Below, in pieces: positions 18,780 to 29,019 of a DNA stretch of 64,000 nt. The DNA comes from Tissierellales bacterium. GTDB taxonomy: Bacteria; Bacillota; Clostridia; Tissierellales; DATGTQ01. Position 1 is the stretch's first letter. Each line of letters begins with the position of its first letter. The notes beneath the pieces are model-generated. The model worked only from the letters and a program-made list of their open reading frames with translations, was not told the DNA's origin and ran no database searches. Position numbers and translations under genes: made by a program. Location of the stretch: NCBI GenBank assembly GCA_035301805.1, contig DATGTQ010000188.1, positions 16,234 to 80,233 of the forward strand, written 5' to 3'.

Positions 18780-20231
18780 TTACTTCATCCCCTTATCTCT
18801 TTGTCTAGTAATATTTCTTCTTTCTATTGACCTAGGTCTAAATATTAATCTTTTTAAAGGAAAACGAACAACTGTATCCTTTAAACCTTCTTTGTCTACA
18901 GGAGCCATTGGAGAAGTATAGGGTATACCAAAAGAATCTAGAGATATAATTTGTACAACTATAACTACAAGACCACAGGTTATCCCGTAAAGACCCATAA
19001 CCCCACCTAATATAATAATAATTAATCTATATATACTTATTCCTTCTACTAAAGTGGGGACCGTAAATTCTGCAATAGCAGTAGTTGCTATAATTATTAC
19101 CATAGGGGCACTTATCAATCCTGCTTCTACAGCTGCCTCACCTAGGACCAAAGCTCCAACTATACTGACAGCAGAGCCTACAGACCTAGGAAGCCTAATT
19201 CCAGATTCCTTTATTACATCTAATACTATTGTCATTAATAATGCCTCCACCATAGCTGGAAATGGCACTCCCTCCCTAGCCCCAGCCATAGTTATTAAAA
19301 GTACTGTAGGTACCATTTCTTGGTGGAAGGTTTGTAATGCTACATAGAATCCAGGTAGTACTATACTTATAAATAAAGAGAAAACCCTAATAATTCTTAA
19401 AAAAGTAGAATAAGGGGATGTAGTATAATAATCTTCACTAGTCTGTATATTTTCAATAAAAAGTTTAGGAATAGTTAAAACATGAGGCGTTCCATCACAA
19501 AATATAGCTATTCTCCCTTCAAGTATTCTACCGGCAACTACATCGGGCTTTTGTGTATCTCCTATAGTTGTTAGAAATGAATAAGGCCTATCATCTATTA
19601 ATTGTTCTATATATCCTGTCTCTAGTATTGCATCTATATTAATTTTATTAATCCTTCTTCTTAACTCTTCTAATACATCTTCATTTACAATTCCCACTAT
19701 ATAGGCTAGAGAAATTTTTGTATTCGTTTGTTCTCCTAGTATGTAATCCTCAAAAACTAAATTCTCATTTCGTATTTTTCTTCTTAGTAAAACCCTGTTT
19801 GAACCTAAATCTTCAATAAATCCTTCCTTAGGTCCTCTCACTACAGTTTCTGCATCTGGTTCTTCTATACTTCTTTTATTCCATTTTCTTAACTCTATAA
19901 TATAACCTAAATCAGTACCATCAACAAATAAACCTATACTGCCATAGGTAATTTCTTCTATTATCTCTTCTATGTTATTTGTTTCTTTAAGACTACTAAC
20001 TTTAATAGTCTTTTTCAAATCCTTTATATCTTCAAAATCATCAATAATAGGTCCTAATACATCTCTATCTAATAAATCCTGGTCAATCAGTCCATCAATA
20101 TATGAAATAAAAAATTTCTTTTTCTTTCCCCCTTCAAACTCATATAGTTCTAAGTCACTAGAATTATTAAATTTTTCAATTATATTCTTCCTATTTTTCT
20201 CTATTTTTTTTGATATCAAAATATCACCCAT
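18780..20231 (-). CDS. Spore germination protein, GerAA/GerKA-type subunit
   Basis: Soluble N-terminal domain followed by a C-terminal TM bundle (..PFPAMVEALLMTIVLDVIKESGIRLP..), typical of the GerA family. 483 aa. Confidence 0.85.
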   Translation of the reverse strand: MGDILISKKIEKNRKNIIEKFNNSSDLELYEFEGGKKKKFFISYIDGLIDQDLLDRDVLGPIIDDFEDIKDLKKTIKVSSLKETNNIEEIIEEITYGSIGLFVDGTDLGYIIELRKWNKRSIEEPDAETVVRGPKEGFIEDLGSNRVLLRRKIRNENLVFEDYILGEQTNTKISLAYIVGIVNEDVLEELRRRINKINIDAILETGYIEQLIDDRPYSFLTTIGDTQKPDVVAGRILEGRIAIFCDGTPHVLTIPKLFIENIQTSEDYYTTSPYSTFLRIIRVFSLFISIVLPGFYVALQTFHQEMVPTVLLITMAGAREGVPFPAMVEALLMTIVLDVIKESGIRLPRSVGSAVSIVGALVLGEAAVEAGLISAPMVIIIATTAIAEFTVPTLVEGISIYRLIIIILGGVMGLYGITCGLVVIVVQIISLDSFGIPYTSPMAPVDKEGLKDTVVRFPLKRLIFRPRSIERRNITRQRDKGMK

Positions 20232-20252
20232 TATGTTAAAATTCTTATATAT

Positions 20253-20282
20253 TAGTATGCAATATTAGGATATAAAATATTC
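20253..20282 (-). promoter_or_regulatory. Forespore sigma-G/F-type promoter candidate for the ger operon
   Basis: On the minus strand: GAATA (20282-20278), an 18-nt spacer, then CATACTA (20259-20253). This matches the B. subtilis sigma-G consensus (GHATR, 17-18 nt spacer, CATXHTA). Germinant receptor operons are normally sigma-G dependent. Confidence 0.45.
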
Positions 20283-20366
20283 CCACAGGAAAAATAATGG
20301 GAATACTATAGTTATATATTTATAAATTTGATAATATATAATATGTTAAGTATAAATTAACCAAGG

Positions 20367-21224
20367 GTGATTAAATTGAACAAAATAAAAATATTTACAG
20401 ACAGTACAAGTGATTTATCAAAAGAACTTATTGAACAAAATAATATTTCTATTATTCCTTTACACATCCATTTTAATGATGAGGAGTATAAGGACAATGT
20501 AGATTTAACTCAGGAGGAATTATATAAAAAAGTTGAAGAATATAATATTCTTCCTAAAACTTCTGCCCCCTCGCCTCAAGAATTTATAGAGGCTTTTAGA
20601 CCCTATATAGAAAAGGGCTATGACATAATTTACATAGGTCTTTCATCAAAAATGTCAGCTACAATACAAAATGCTTTAATTGCTAAAAGTGAATTCCCCA
20701 GTGCTAATATTGAAGTTGTAGATTCATATAATTTATCTTCAGGAATAGGACTTTTAGTTATGAAAGCTTGCGATTTCCGTGAACAGGGTTTAAACCTACA
20801 GGAAATAGCGAAAGAGTTAAGAAAGTTAGTTCCTAAGGTCAGGTCCTCTTTTATTATTGATACATTAGATTACCTTCATAAAGGAGGAAGATGCTCTTCT
20901 GTTGCAAATTTTGTCGGCGGAATATTAAAAATCAAACCAGTTGTCGCCGTAGCCGATGGTGAAATGTTCTTAAGCCATAAAATTAGAGGAAAAAGAAAAA
21001 AAGTTATAGATACAATGCTAAAAGAATCATTAAAAAATAAAAATAAGATGGATGAAAAAAGAGTGTTTATTACCCATTCTCAAGGTGGAGATGCTGTAAA
21101 TTACTTAAAAGAGGAATTAGAGAGAAGCATTAATGTGGAAAATATCCATATAACTGATGCAGGTTGTGTAATATCTAGTCACTGTGGCCCTGGCACTGTA
21201 GGTATATTGTATATAGAGAAATAA
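20367..21224 (+). CDS. DegV-family fatty-acid-binding protein
   Basis: KIKIFTDSTSDL start and overall DegV layout. The likely true start is the TTG at 20376, after an AAGGGTGA RBS. Confidence 0.85.
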   Translation: MIKLNKIKIFTDSTSDLSKELIEQNNISIIPLHIHFNDEEYKDNVDLTQEELYKKVEEYNILPKTSAPSPQEFIEAFRPYIEKGYDIIYIGLSSKMSATIQNALIAKSEFPSANIEVVDSYNLSSGIGLLVMKACDFREQGLNLQEIAKELRKLVPKVRSSFIIDTLDYLHKGGRCSSVANFVGGILKIKPVVAVADGEMFLSHKIRGKRKKVIDTMLKESLKNKNKMDEKRVFITHSQGGDAVNYLKEELERSINVENIHITDAGCVISSHCGPGTVGILYIEK

Positions 21225-21245
21225 CCCCTAATTATTAGGGGTTAT
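21221..21245. terminator. Bidirectional hairpin shared by convergent degV-family gene and pyrE
   Basis: ataaccccta (21221-21230) pairs with taggggttat (21236-21245), a perfect 10-bp stem with a 5-nt loop. It overlaps both stop regions. Confidence 0.6.
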
Positions 21246-21792
21246 TTCTACTTCCAGGTTTTCCATAAGGAATCTCTTTTTCACACATAGGACATTCACT
21301 TTCACTATAAGTATCAATTTTAAGTTTTGTACCACTAAATATAGGGTATGAAAAATCCTCATTACTTCTATCTACTATAGAGGCTACCCCTACTACTTCT
21401 CCACCTAATTTTTCAATAGCTTTTATAGTTTCTAAGGAAGATTTACCAGTAGTTATAACATCTTCTCCAATTAAAACTTTTTGACCTTTTTCTACTTTAA
21501 ATCCTCTCCTTAAAACCATTTCCCCGTCAATTCTTTCTGTGAATATACTAGGTTTTCCTGTTTGTCGTCCAATTTCATAACTAACTACTATACCACCCAT
21601 AGCCGGTCCAACGACAATATCAAAACCTACATTCTCTAACTTCCCAACTATTACTTTTATTGCTTTCTCAGCTTTGTCTGGATATTGTAAAAGTTTTGCA
21701 CATTGAACATACTTATTACTATGTTTTCCTGAGGACAATAAAAAGTGTCCTTCTAAAAGAGCCTCTGTTTCTTTTAATAATTCAATAACCAT
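21235..21792 (-). CDS. pyrE: Orotate phosphoribosyltransferase
   Basis: [17 protein letters not shown] and the PRPP-binding loop [13 protein letters not shown]. Last gene of the pyr operon. Confidence 0.9.
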   Translation of the reverse strand: MVIELLKETEALLEGHFLLSSGKHSNKYVQCAKLLQYPDKAEKAIKVIVGKLENVGFDIVVGPAMGGIVVSYEIGRQTGKPSIFTERIDGEMVLRRGFKVEKGQKVLIGEDVITTGKSSLETIKAIEKLGGEVVGVASIVDRSNEDFSYPIFSGTKLKIDTYSESECPMCEKEIPYGKPGSRNNP

Positions 21793-21796
21793 GAAT

Positions 21797-22705
21797 TTAC
21801 CTCCTCACAATCCCTCTAATTTCTTTAATTGAATTTATTCCTTCCTCTTTCATATAATTTTCTATTCCTTCAATAATATCTACAGTTAAACCAGGTTTTA
21901 TAAAGTTTCCACTGCCTACTTGTATTGCCCACGCCCCCGCCATTATAAACTCTAATGCATCTTCATAGTCTAATATTCCTCCTATACCAATAACCGGTAT
22001 ATCTACAGCTTTAGCTACCTCATATACCATTCTTAAAGCTATAGGTTTTATACAAGGCCCAGAGAGTCCTGCTGTTATATTATTAAATACAGGTTTTCTT
22101 TTATTAATATCTATAGCCATTCCATTAAATGTATTAACTAAAGATATACTATCTGCTCCTGCCCTACAACATTTTTCTGCCATATCTACTATATCTTCTG
22201 CATTAGGAGACAGTTTCACTATTAAAGGTTTCTTGCAAACCTTTCTTACTTCAGATACGACTTTAAAGGCAATATCTGATTTTATGCCAAAAGCCATGCC
22301 ACCTTCTTTAACATTGGGGCAGGAAATATTTAATTCAATCATAGATATATTAGTATTATTCAGTTTTTCAACAGCCTTCACATATTCCTCAACACTACTT
22401 CCACCTACATTTGCTATAATGACAGTATTTTGTTTTTCCATATAAGATAATTCATCTTCTATAAATTCATCTACCCCTGGGTTTTGCAACCCTATACTAT
22501 TGAGCATTCCACCAGTGGTTTCATAAATTCTAATACCTTTATTTCCTTCTTTTTTACTTAATGTAAGACCTTTTGTACAAATGCCTCCTAGTTTTGACAA
22601 GGGAAACAACCCCTCGTATTCCCTACCAAAACCAAAAGTTCCAGAAGCAGCAATTACAGGATTTTTAAATTCTATACCAGATATATTTACCTTAGTATTA
22701 ATCAT
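21797..22705 (-). CDS. pyrD: Dihydroorotate dehydrogenase B, catalytic subunit
   Basis: [32 protein letters not shown]. Paired with pyrK. Confidence 0.95.
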   Translation of the reverse strand: MINTKVNISGIEFKNPVIAASGTFGFGREYEGLFPLSKLGGICTKGLTLSKKEGNKGIRIYETTGGMLNSIGLQNPGVDEFIEDELSYMEKQNTVIIANVGGSSVEEYVKAVEKLNNTNISMIELNISCPNVKEGGMAFGIKSDIAFKVVSEVRKVCKKPLIVKLSPNAEDIVDMAEKCCRAGADSISLVNTFNGMAIDINKRKPVFNNITAGLSGPCIKPIALRMVYEVAKAVDIPVIGIGGILDYEDALEFIMAGAWAIQVGSGNFIKPGLTVDIIEGIENYMKEEGINSIKEIRGIVRR

Positions 22706-23432
22706 TAAAAACTATCTCCTCTCCTGGGAAAATCGGACCATCTTTACATACTTTTTTCATACCATTTACTGTTTCAATAGTACATCCCAGGCAACTTCCT
22801 ATTCCACAGCCCATTATATTTTCCATAGATATATATGCTGGAACATGATTTTCTTCACAAATTGAAACAATTTTTTTAAGCATAGGAGTTGGACCACAGG
22901 CTAAAATTTGAGAATATTTTTCTACATTTAACATATCCACTACATAGCCCTTGTGATCGACACATCCATTTTCAGTAGCTATATATAATTTATTAACTTT
23001 ATATTTTATTTCCTCTATAGAATAAGGCTCTTCTCTAAATCCTGCATAAAAATCTACTTGTTTTCCAAGTTTATTTGCCAAATATATCATAGGAGCTATA
23101 CCTATTCCTCCAGCAATTATACCAACTCTTCCATGAATATCTAAATTAAATCCATTACCTAAAGGACCAAGTAAATATAAAAAATCTCCAGATTTTAAAT
23201 TAGAAAAAATTTTCGTACCTCTTCCCTTTACTTCATATAAAAATTCTATATATTTATTAGATAAATTGTAAATACTTAAAGGCCTTGAAAGAAAAGGCTC
23301 TCTATCCCAAGCCCTCAGCATATAAAATTGACCTGGATTTCCATTAAAATTTCCCTTTACTTTAATTTTAAATATTTTTTTTGCTATTTCTTCATTTAAA
23401 AGGACTTCCCCCTTTTTATAGTTTAGCTGCAT
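22698..23432 (-). CDS. pyrK: Dihydroorotate dehydrogenase B, electron-transfer (FAD/2Fe-2S) subunit
   Basis: Ferredoxin-reductase-like fold. C-terminal cluster motif [18 protein letters not shown]. Confidence 0.9.
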   Translation of the reverse strand: MQLNYKKGEVLLNEEIAKKIFKIKVKGNFNGNPGQFYMLRAWDREPFLSRPLSIYNLSNKYIEFLYEVKGRGTKIFSNLKSGDFLYLLGPLGNGFNLDIHGRVGIIAGGIGIAPMIYLANKLGKQVDFYAGFREEPYSIEEIKYKVNKLYIATENGCVDHKGYVVDMLNVEKYSQILACGPTPMLKKIVSICEENHVPAYISMENIMGCGIGSCLGCTIETVNGMKKVCKDGPIFPGEEIVFND

Positions 23433-24279
23433 TTTCTATATCCTCCCTCATAGTTAATACAGCTTTCCGTGCATAATAATCAAATTTCTCTTCCCCGTCA
23501 TCATATTTTTTATAAGCTGTAATAATACCTCTAGATGAGTTAACAATTCCCCCGTTTCTACTTTTTAAATATAAGCTAACATCCTTTCCCCGTCCCCCTT
23601 GAACACCATAGCCTGGTATAAGGAAAAACATGCTATTATATTTCTGTCTTATTTCTATTCCTTCATCTAAATAAGTTGCACCTACTACACCGCCTATTAA
23701 ACTGTACCCACTTGATCCCATATATCTTGAACCTATTTCTAATAGTTTTTCTCCTACATGATTATAAACTTTCTTTCCCTTTATATCTAAATATTGAATA
23801 TCCTTTGCTCCCTCATTAGAAGTTTTAAGAAGTACAAACAAACCTTTTTGACCCTTTTCTAAATATTCTAAATAGGGGATAATACTGTCAAAACCCATAT
23901 AAGGATTTAAAGTAATAAAATCACTTTCAAAATCCCCTTCAAAATGAGCTTTTGCATACATCTTAGCTGTTGAAGAAATATCTCCTCTCTTCACATCTGC
24001 TATAACTATAGAACCTTTTTTTCTTATATAGTCTAATGTTTTTTTATAAGCCTTCATACCTTCCAATCCATAGGCTTCATAAAAAGCTATTTGCACTTTG
24101 TAGCATGGAACTATATCTATTGTTCCATCTACTATGGTTTTATTAAATTGAAAGATAGCGTCACTTAAAGATAAATATTCCTCTTTTAGTTTATTAGGAA
24201 TATAGTTTATATCTGTGTCCAACCCTATACAAACATTACCCTTTCTCTCCACCTCTTCATATAATCTATCTATTATCAA
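23416..24279 (-). CDS. pyrF: Orotidine 5'-phosphate decarboxylase (long, type 2 form)
   Basis: LDT..., DVKRGDI, PGYGVQGG motifs. 287 aa. Operon context. Confidence 0.9.
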   Translation of the reverse strand: MIIDRLYEEVERKGNVCIGLDTDINYIPNKLKEEYLSLSDAIFQFNKTIVDGTIDIVPCYKVQIAFYEAYGLEGMKAYKKTLDYIRKKGSIVIADVKRGDISSTAKMYAKAHFEGDFESDFITLNPYMGFDSIIPYLEYLEKGQKGLFVLLKTSNEGAKDIQYLDIKGKKVYNHVGEKLLEIGSRYMGSSGYSLIGGVVGATYLDEGIEIRQKYNSMFFLIPGYGVQGGRGKDVSLYLKSRNGGIVNSSRGIITAYKKYDDGEEKFDYYARKAVLTMREDIENAAKL

Positions 24280-25471
24280 TTTCTATCCCCCCATTAGAAT
24301 ATTTTATTTCCCCACTTTTTATAGTGGCTATTATTTCACCAAGATACTCTTTTCCATAAAAAGGAGTATTTTTACCTTTTGATATAAAGTTTTTACTATT
24401 AACCTTTACCTTATTATTTAAATCCACCAATACTAAATCTCCATCGTAGCCTATATCAATCTTTCCTTTATTAGACTTCATAAGTCTAGATGGATTGGCT
24501 GACATTAGTTGAGATAATTTGTTTAAGGAAATATAACCTTTTTTAACTAAAATAGTATAGCATATGGAAAAAGCTGTTTCTATTCCTGATATGCCACAGG
24601 CACCTTTTTCCTTATCTTTCTCTGTATGAGGAGCATGATCTGTACTTATAACGTCTACAAACCCTTCTTGTATTGCCTTAATTAATGCTTTAGTATCCTC
24701 CTTTTTTCTAATAGGTGGATTTACCTTATAATCATAGTCATGCAATGCTATATGGTGAGGCGTTACTTCACAAGTTATATTAAATTTTTCCCTCTTTGCT
24801 TTTATAATTTCCTCCATGGCTTCTTTAGTACTGACATGAGCTATGTGAAGTTTGGCGCCTGTTACTTTTGATAAATATATATCCCTTAAAGTCATTATAT
24901 TTTCTGAAAGTCTATTATCTATTAAGGTTAAGTATTCATCTTCTGCATGGGACAATATAATTAAATCTTTCTCTTTTGCTTTAATCATGGCCCTATACAT
25001 AGTATTATTAGACAATACTCCTTTGCCATCATCGGATAATACCTTTACCCTGTTATCAAGATTATCAATATGATCTATGTTTTTTCCATCAAAATTCCCT
25101 GTTATAGATACTGTTTGATGAATATCTATTAAATCTATTTTTTTAGACTTTTCTAAAATATATTCTACCGTATCCATAGAACTACAAACAGGATTAGTAT
25201 TCCCCATTAAATTTACTAAGGTATAACCTCCTTTTAATGCAGCTAAACTTCCCGTATAAATATCCTCCTTATAAGTATATCCAGGGTCTCTAAAATGGGC
25301 ATGCATATCTATAAAGGCAGGAAGAACTACTAAACCTTCAGCTTTTATAGTCTTACAATTATAGTTTAAATTAGAACCTATAGCCTCTATCTTCTCATTC
25401 TTTATGTAAATATCCCCTCTAGTGCTCTTGTTACAATCTATTAATTTTCCACCTTTAATTAATATTTCCAT
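24266..25471 (-). CDS. pyrC: Dihydroorotase
   Basis: DMHAHFRDPG, HVST, STDHAPH metal-ligand motifs. Start set at the ATG at 25471 (MEILIKGGKLID), 1 nt after the pyrI stop. The ORF-track start at 25537 runs into pyrI. Confidence 0.9.
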   Translation of the reverse strand: MEILIKGGKLIDCNKSTRGDIYIKNEKIEAIGSNLNYNCKTIKAEGLVVLPAFIDMHAHFRDPGYTYKEDIYTGSLAALKGGYTLVNLMGNTNPVCSSMDTVEYILEKSKKIDLIDIHQTVSITGNFDGKNIDHIDNLDNRVKVLSDDGKGVLSNNTMYRAMIKAKEKDLIILSHAEDEYLTLIDNRLSENIMTLRDIYLSKVTGAKLHIAHVSTKEAMEEIIKAKREKFNITCEVTPHHIALHDYDYKVNPPIRKKEDTKALIKAIQEGFVDVISTDHAPHTEKDKEKGACGISGIETAFSICYTILVKKGYISLNKLSQLMSANPSRLMKSNKGKIDIGYDGDLVLVDLNNKVKVNSKNFISKGKNTPFYGKEYLGEIIATIKSGEIKYSNGGIEIDNR

Positions 25472-25472
25472 G

Positions 25473-25901
25473 CTATCCCTCCCAAGAATAAATATGGTCA
25501 CAATATTCACATTTATAAATTCCTTTTTCCTCATCAATTAAAATAAATCTGTGCATAATATACCTTTCTGATGATGTAATACATCTCGGATTTTTACACT
25601 TTATAATATTTTCGACTCTTGTAGGAAGAGATAAATTTATTTTTTCTGTAATTTTCTCATTCTCTATTATATTTACTGTAATATTAGGATCAATAAATCC
25701 TAACATTCTTAAATCAATATTTATAGTATTTTCAATTTTTATCATATCTTTTCTGCCATATTTTTTACTTGGTGCATTCATAATTAAGGCAACTGTAAAA
25801 TCTGCTTTATCTAATTTTAGATATTTAAATATTTTAAATCCACATCCTACTTTTATATGATCTATAACTATACCTTTTCTAATACTATCAATGTATAACA
25901 T
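25473..25901 (-). CDS. pyrI: Aspartate carbamoyltransferase regulatory subunit
   Basis: [16 protein letters not shown].. and the C-terminal zinc motif [15 protein letters not shown]. Start overlaps the pyrB stop (TAATG at 25903-25899). Confidence 0.9.
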   Translation of the reverse strand: MLYIDSIRKGIVIDHIKVGCGFKIFKYLKLDKADFTVALIMNAPSKKYGRKDMIKIENTINIDLRMLGFIDPNITVNIIENEKITEKINLSLPTRVENIIKCKNPRCITSSERYIMHRFILIDEEKGIYKCEYCDHIYSWEG

Positions 25902-26824
25902 TACATCACCTCCAAAAGTTTTGAAATAAGAGCCATTCTGGCATACATACCATATTTCACTTGCATAAAATAGCAAGCTCTAGGATCCTTATCTACTTCA
26001 TAACTTATTTCATTAACTCTTGGTAAAGGATGTAATACAATTAAGTCTTTTTTAGCTAATTCCATTTTACTTTTATCTAAAATATAACTATCTTTAAGCC
26101 TAATATAGTCTGCCTCATTAAAAAATCTTTCTTTCTGTACTCTAGTCATATATAGAATATCTAACTCTTGTATTAAATCTTCTAGTTTTTCAACTTCTAT
26201 ATATTTTAAATTGTTCTTGTCTAATATTTCAGTTTTTATATAATTAGGTACTTTTAGTTCATTAGGGGATATTAATATAAAAGAAATGTTTGTATATCTT
26301 GACATAGCTTTAATTAATGAATGTACTGTTCTACCAAACTTTAAATCTCCACAAAATCCAATAGTTAAATTAGAAAAACCACCTTTCACTTTATGAATAG
26401 TTATAAGGTCAGTTAGTGTTTGGGTAGGATGTTGATGTCCGCCATCACCTGCATTTATTAACGGAACTGGTGAAAAATAAGATGCGTATTTAGGAGCTCC
26501 TTCTTTAGGATGTCTCATAGCAATAATATCTACATAAGAGCCTATAGTTCTAACAGTATCTGGTATGCTTTCACCTTTCATAATTGAGCTGGAACCAATT
26601 TCTGAAAATCCAATGACTTGACCTCCCAATCTAATCATTGCTGATTCAAAACTTAGTCTTGTTCTAGTACTAGGTTCATAGAAAAGAGTTCCAAGTATTT
26701 TACCATTGCATACATTATTATACCTTTCTGGATTATTAGAAATCTCTTCTCCTAATTGTATTAATTCATTTATCTCATCTAAAGAAATATCTTGTGGATC
26801 TATTAAATGCTTAACCTTTGACAT
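25901..26824 (-). CDS. pyrB: Aspartate carbamoyltransferase catalytic subunit
   Basis: [22 protein letters not shown] motifs. 307 aa. Confidence 0.95.
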   Translation of the reverse strand: MSKVKHLIDPQDISLDEINELIQLGEEISNNPERYNNVCNGKILGTLFYEPSTRTRLSFESAMIRLGGQVIGFSEIGSSSIMKGESIPDTVRTIGSYVDIIAMRHPKEGAPKYASYFSPVPLINAGDGGHQHPTQTLTDLITIHKVKGGFSNLTIGFCGDLKFGRTVHSLIKAMSRYTNISFILISPNELKVPNYIKTEILDKNNLKYIEVEKLEDLIQELDILYMTRVQKERFFNEADYIRLKDSYILDKSKMELAKKDLIVLHPLPRVNEISYEVDKDPRACYFMQVKYGMYARMALISKLLEVM

Positions 26825-26965
26825 AATACTCCCCCTTTTTAGCCTCTCAGGACTCGTTTAAAAGAAAAGAATTACATTAAAAATGCCCTCCACAAAGGAA
26901 GGCATAAGTATAGTATATTCTACGCTTCCCTTTTTGACCTCACAGGATCAATTTAAAGGCTTTAT
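26825..26965 (-). promoter_or_regulatory. PyrR-type pyrimidine attenuator leader (two binding-loop motifs plus a terminator)
   Basis: The minus-strand RNA carries GAUCCUGUGAGGUC (26949-26936), the terminator AUGCCUUCC-uuugu-GGAGGGCAU followed by U5 (26905-26883), and GAGUCCUGAGAGGCU (26855-26841) directly before the AGGGGGAG RBS. The PyrR binding-loop consensus is ARUCCAGAGAGGYU. Confidence 0.7.
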
Positions 26966-27127
26966 ATTTTAACTTAAAATATCATACTTTTCCTCAAAAG
27001 TCAACAGGGACCATCCTGCTCTCGGGACAAGAAAACGAAGAGCTTCCTTTTTGTAGCTAAAGGAAACTCTTCGTTCTTATTGTTGGTTGAAAATATTCTT
27101 TTTTAACTCTATGTTTATATTATTCTA

Positions 27128-27391
27128 TTATTGTAATGAATCAGTTCCTCCTGATAATCCGGTTTTAATTTCTTGTATATCTTTTTGGTTTGCTGTTGGT
27201 GCAGGCGTATAATAGCCTTTTTGTTCTGCTATTTGGAATAGTTGGTATTGAAATTGTTCATCAGCATTTCTAAGTTGAGTAAAAGTATTTCTAAGTTGTT
27301 GATTGGCACATTCAGAAATAGCTTTTGCATAACTATTTAAACTTGCCTTAGTCCCTGATAAAATATCATCTACTATATCTTTCTCTTGCAT
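27128..27391 (-). CDS. Spore coat protein, CotF (Coat_F) domain
   Basis: DIVDDILSGTKASLNSYAKAISECANQQLRNTFTQLRNADEQFQYQLFQIAEQKGYY matches the Coat_F four-helix pattern. Confidence 0.75.
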   Translation of the reverse strand: MQEKDIVDDILSGTKASLNSYAKAISECANQQLRNTFTQLRNADEQFQYQLFQIAEQKGYYTPAPTANQKDIQEIKTGLSGGTDSLQ

Positions 27392-27404
27392 TATATTTCC
27401 TCCT

Positions 27405-27611
27405 TTATAATGAATTTAATAAATTTGTAGCTGTAGTTTGAGCATCTTGGCTGGATTGCTTAAACATTTGTTTAAGTTGTGGATCTTGACATTGATTTGA
27501 ATAATAATCTAATTTATTTGCCATGGTCTGATGACTTGCAATTATCTCTCTTAAACTTTGAAGCTCTTGTTGATTTACATTACCTAAATTCACAGTATTT
27601 TTTAATACCAT
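27405..27611 (-). CDS. Small CotF-associated spore coat-like protein
   Basis: 68 aa, helical and Q-rich. It lies 13 nt upstream of the CotF-domain gene and has an AAAGGAG RBS. This two-gene layout is common in clostridia. Confidence 0.55.
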   Translation of the reverse strand: MVLKNTVNLGNVNQQELQSLREIIASHQTMANKLDYYSNQCQDPQLKQMFKQSSQDAQTTATNLLNSL

Positions 27612-27737
27612 AAAATGCTCCTTTCTTTTATTTTTTATTCTCTAATATTTTGTCTTCTAACGATAGATTTATTCATGGAAAAAAACGTTTAAATAATTCC
27701 ACGAAAATTGTAAATAATAAATTTGGGAGGTTAAAAA

Positions 27738-28001
27738 ATGAGCAAAAAAATAGTTGTAGAAAATATATTAACACCCCATATTGAATTTTTAAAAGACTCT
27801 GGCTATAATGTTTATACTTTAAATAAAAACGCAAATTTAAACGAAATTACATCGCCAGAATACAAAGCTATTATCGTGTCGGGGTTAGATGTTCTTAGTA
27901 CTAATGGAGCCGATTATAATAATCCATCAGCTCCCATTATTGAAGCTAAAGGTCAAACTCCTGAAGAAATATATAATCTTTTAGAAAGTCGATATCAGTA
28001 G
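27738..28001 (+). CDS. YkuS / UPF0180 family small protein
   Basis: KKIVVENILTPHIEFLKDSGYNVYTL..AIIVSG resembles B. subtilis YkuS ([26 protein letters not shown]). GGGAGG RBS. Confidence 0.65.
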   Translation: MSKKIVVENILTPHIEFLKDSGYNVYTLNKNANLNEITSPEYKAIIVSGLDVLSTNGADYNNPSAPIIEAKGQTPEEIYNLLESRYQ

Positions 28002-28155
28002 TAAAATTACCCTTCTATAAGGTTAATTTCATTGCTTACAGACAATAAACTGAATGCTAGTAATAACTTTTCCTTAAGTTTTCATAAAAATTAAGGAAGG
28101 AACATATTATATCTTTATAATATATCCTTCCTCCCGTTTACATATTTTATAATCA

Positions 28156-28341
28156 TTATTTTTTATCTATAGCTTCTTGAACAGCAAACTCTAATTTCTT
28201 TACTTTGTTCCCTGAAATTTCAATTCCAGTTTGATCATCTCTTTTAATATAAATACTTTTTCCTAACTCATTACTTAACCTATTTAATTTTTCTATTTTA
28301 GTTGATAAGTTTACTAGTTTAATAGATTTAGGAAAATTCAT
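28156..28341 (-). pseudogene. N-terminal 61-aa stub of a PLP-dependent ACC deaminase / D-cysteine desulfhydrase family gene
   Basis: TKIEKLNRLSNELGKSIYIKRDDQTGIEISGNKVKKLEF matches the family N-terminus, including the PLP-lysine region. Full-length members are ~330 aa. Here the ORF hits a stop, followed by an imperfect hairpin at 28093-28133. Confidence 0.65.
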
Positions 28342-28505
28342 TTTATCACTTCATATCTATAGTCTAATCTTTTTTATTTACATAATTCTTAATAATATTT
28401 TATCATTTATTAATATTAGATGTCTAATTATCAATATATATGATACTAGAGAATAGATAAGGGTATATTGATTAATATAGAATAAACTGAAAAGGTGGTG
28501 TAATT

Positions 28506-28832
28506 ATGAGCGATTTACTATCCAAACAATGTATTCCCTGTAGTATTGGTGCTCCTACCTTAAACGACGAAGAAATAAATAAATATTTAAAATCATTAAA
28601 GGAAGGATGGAAGGTAATAGATTCTAAGAAAATAGAAAAAACCTATAAGTTTAAAAATTTTGTGGAAGCTTTAGATTTTACTAATAAAGTTGGAGAGTTA
28701 GCAGAAAAAGAAGGTCACCATCCAGATATTCATCTCTCTTGGGGGAAAGTAGTAATTCAGCTTTGGACACATAAAATTGATGGTCTTCATGAAAATGATT
28801 TTATTTTAGCAGCCAAAATTGACGAAACCTAA
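28506..28832 (+). CDS. phhB: Pterin-4-alpha-carbinolamine dehydratase
   Basis: EGHHPDIHLSWGKVVIQLWTHKIDGLHENDF, the hallmark PCD motif. 108 aa. Confidence 0.85.
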   Translation: MSDLLSKQCIPCSIGAPTLNDEEINKYLKSLKEGWKVIDSKKIEKTYKFKNFVEALDFTNKVGELAEKEGHHPDIHLSWGKVVIQLWTHKIDGLHENDFILAAKIDET

Positions 28833-29019
28833 AAATATTAGACCTGCCTAAAATTTAAAGATAGAACTATCCCAAACTAACTTACTGGAGCACATAGGCT
28901 ATTATTAGCTAATGTGCTCCTTTTTATGTTCTTATGATAAACTAAAGTTAAGAGAAAGTTTTGACAACTATATTTCAGGATTAAAAATTTAAAAGCTAAA
29001 AATATAAGGAGGATAGAAA

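Noticed and set aside
27014-27028. A third PyrR-like string (GUCCCGAGAGCAGGA) upstream of the pyr leader.
   Set aside because: It is a poorer match to ARUCCAGAGAGGYU. It lies upstream of the only plausible -35 element (TTGACT at 27004-26999), between the cotF terminator and the pyr leader. It is probably a chance match.
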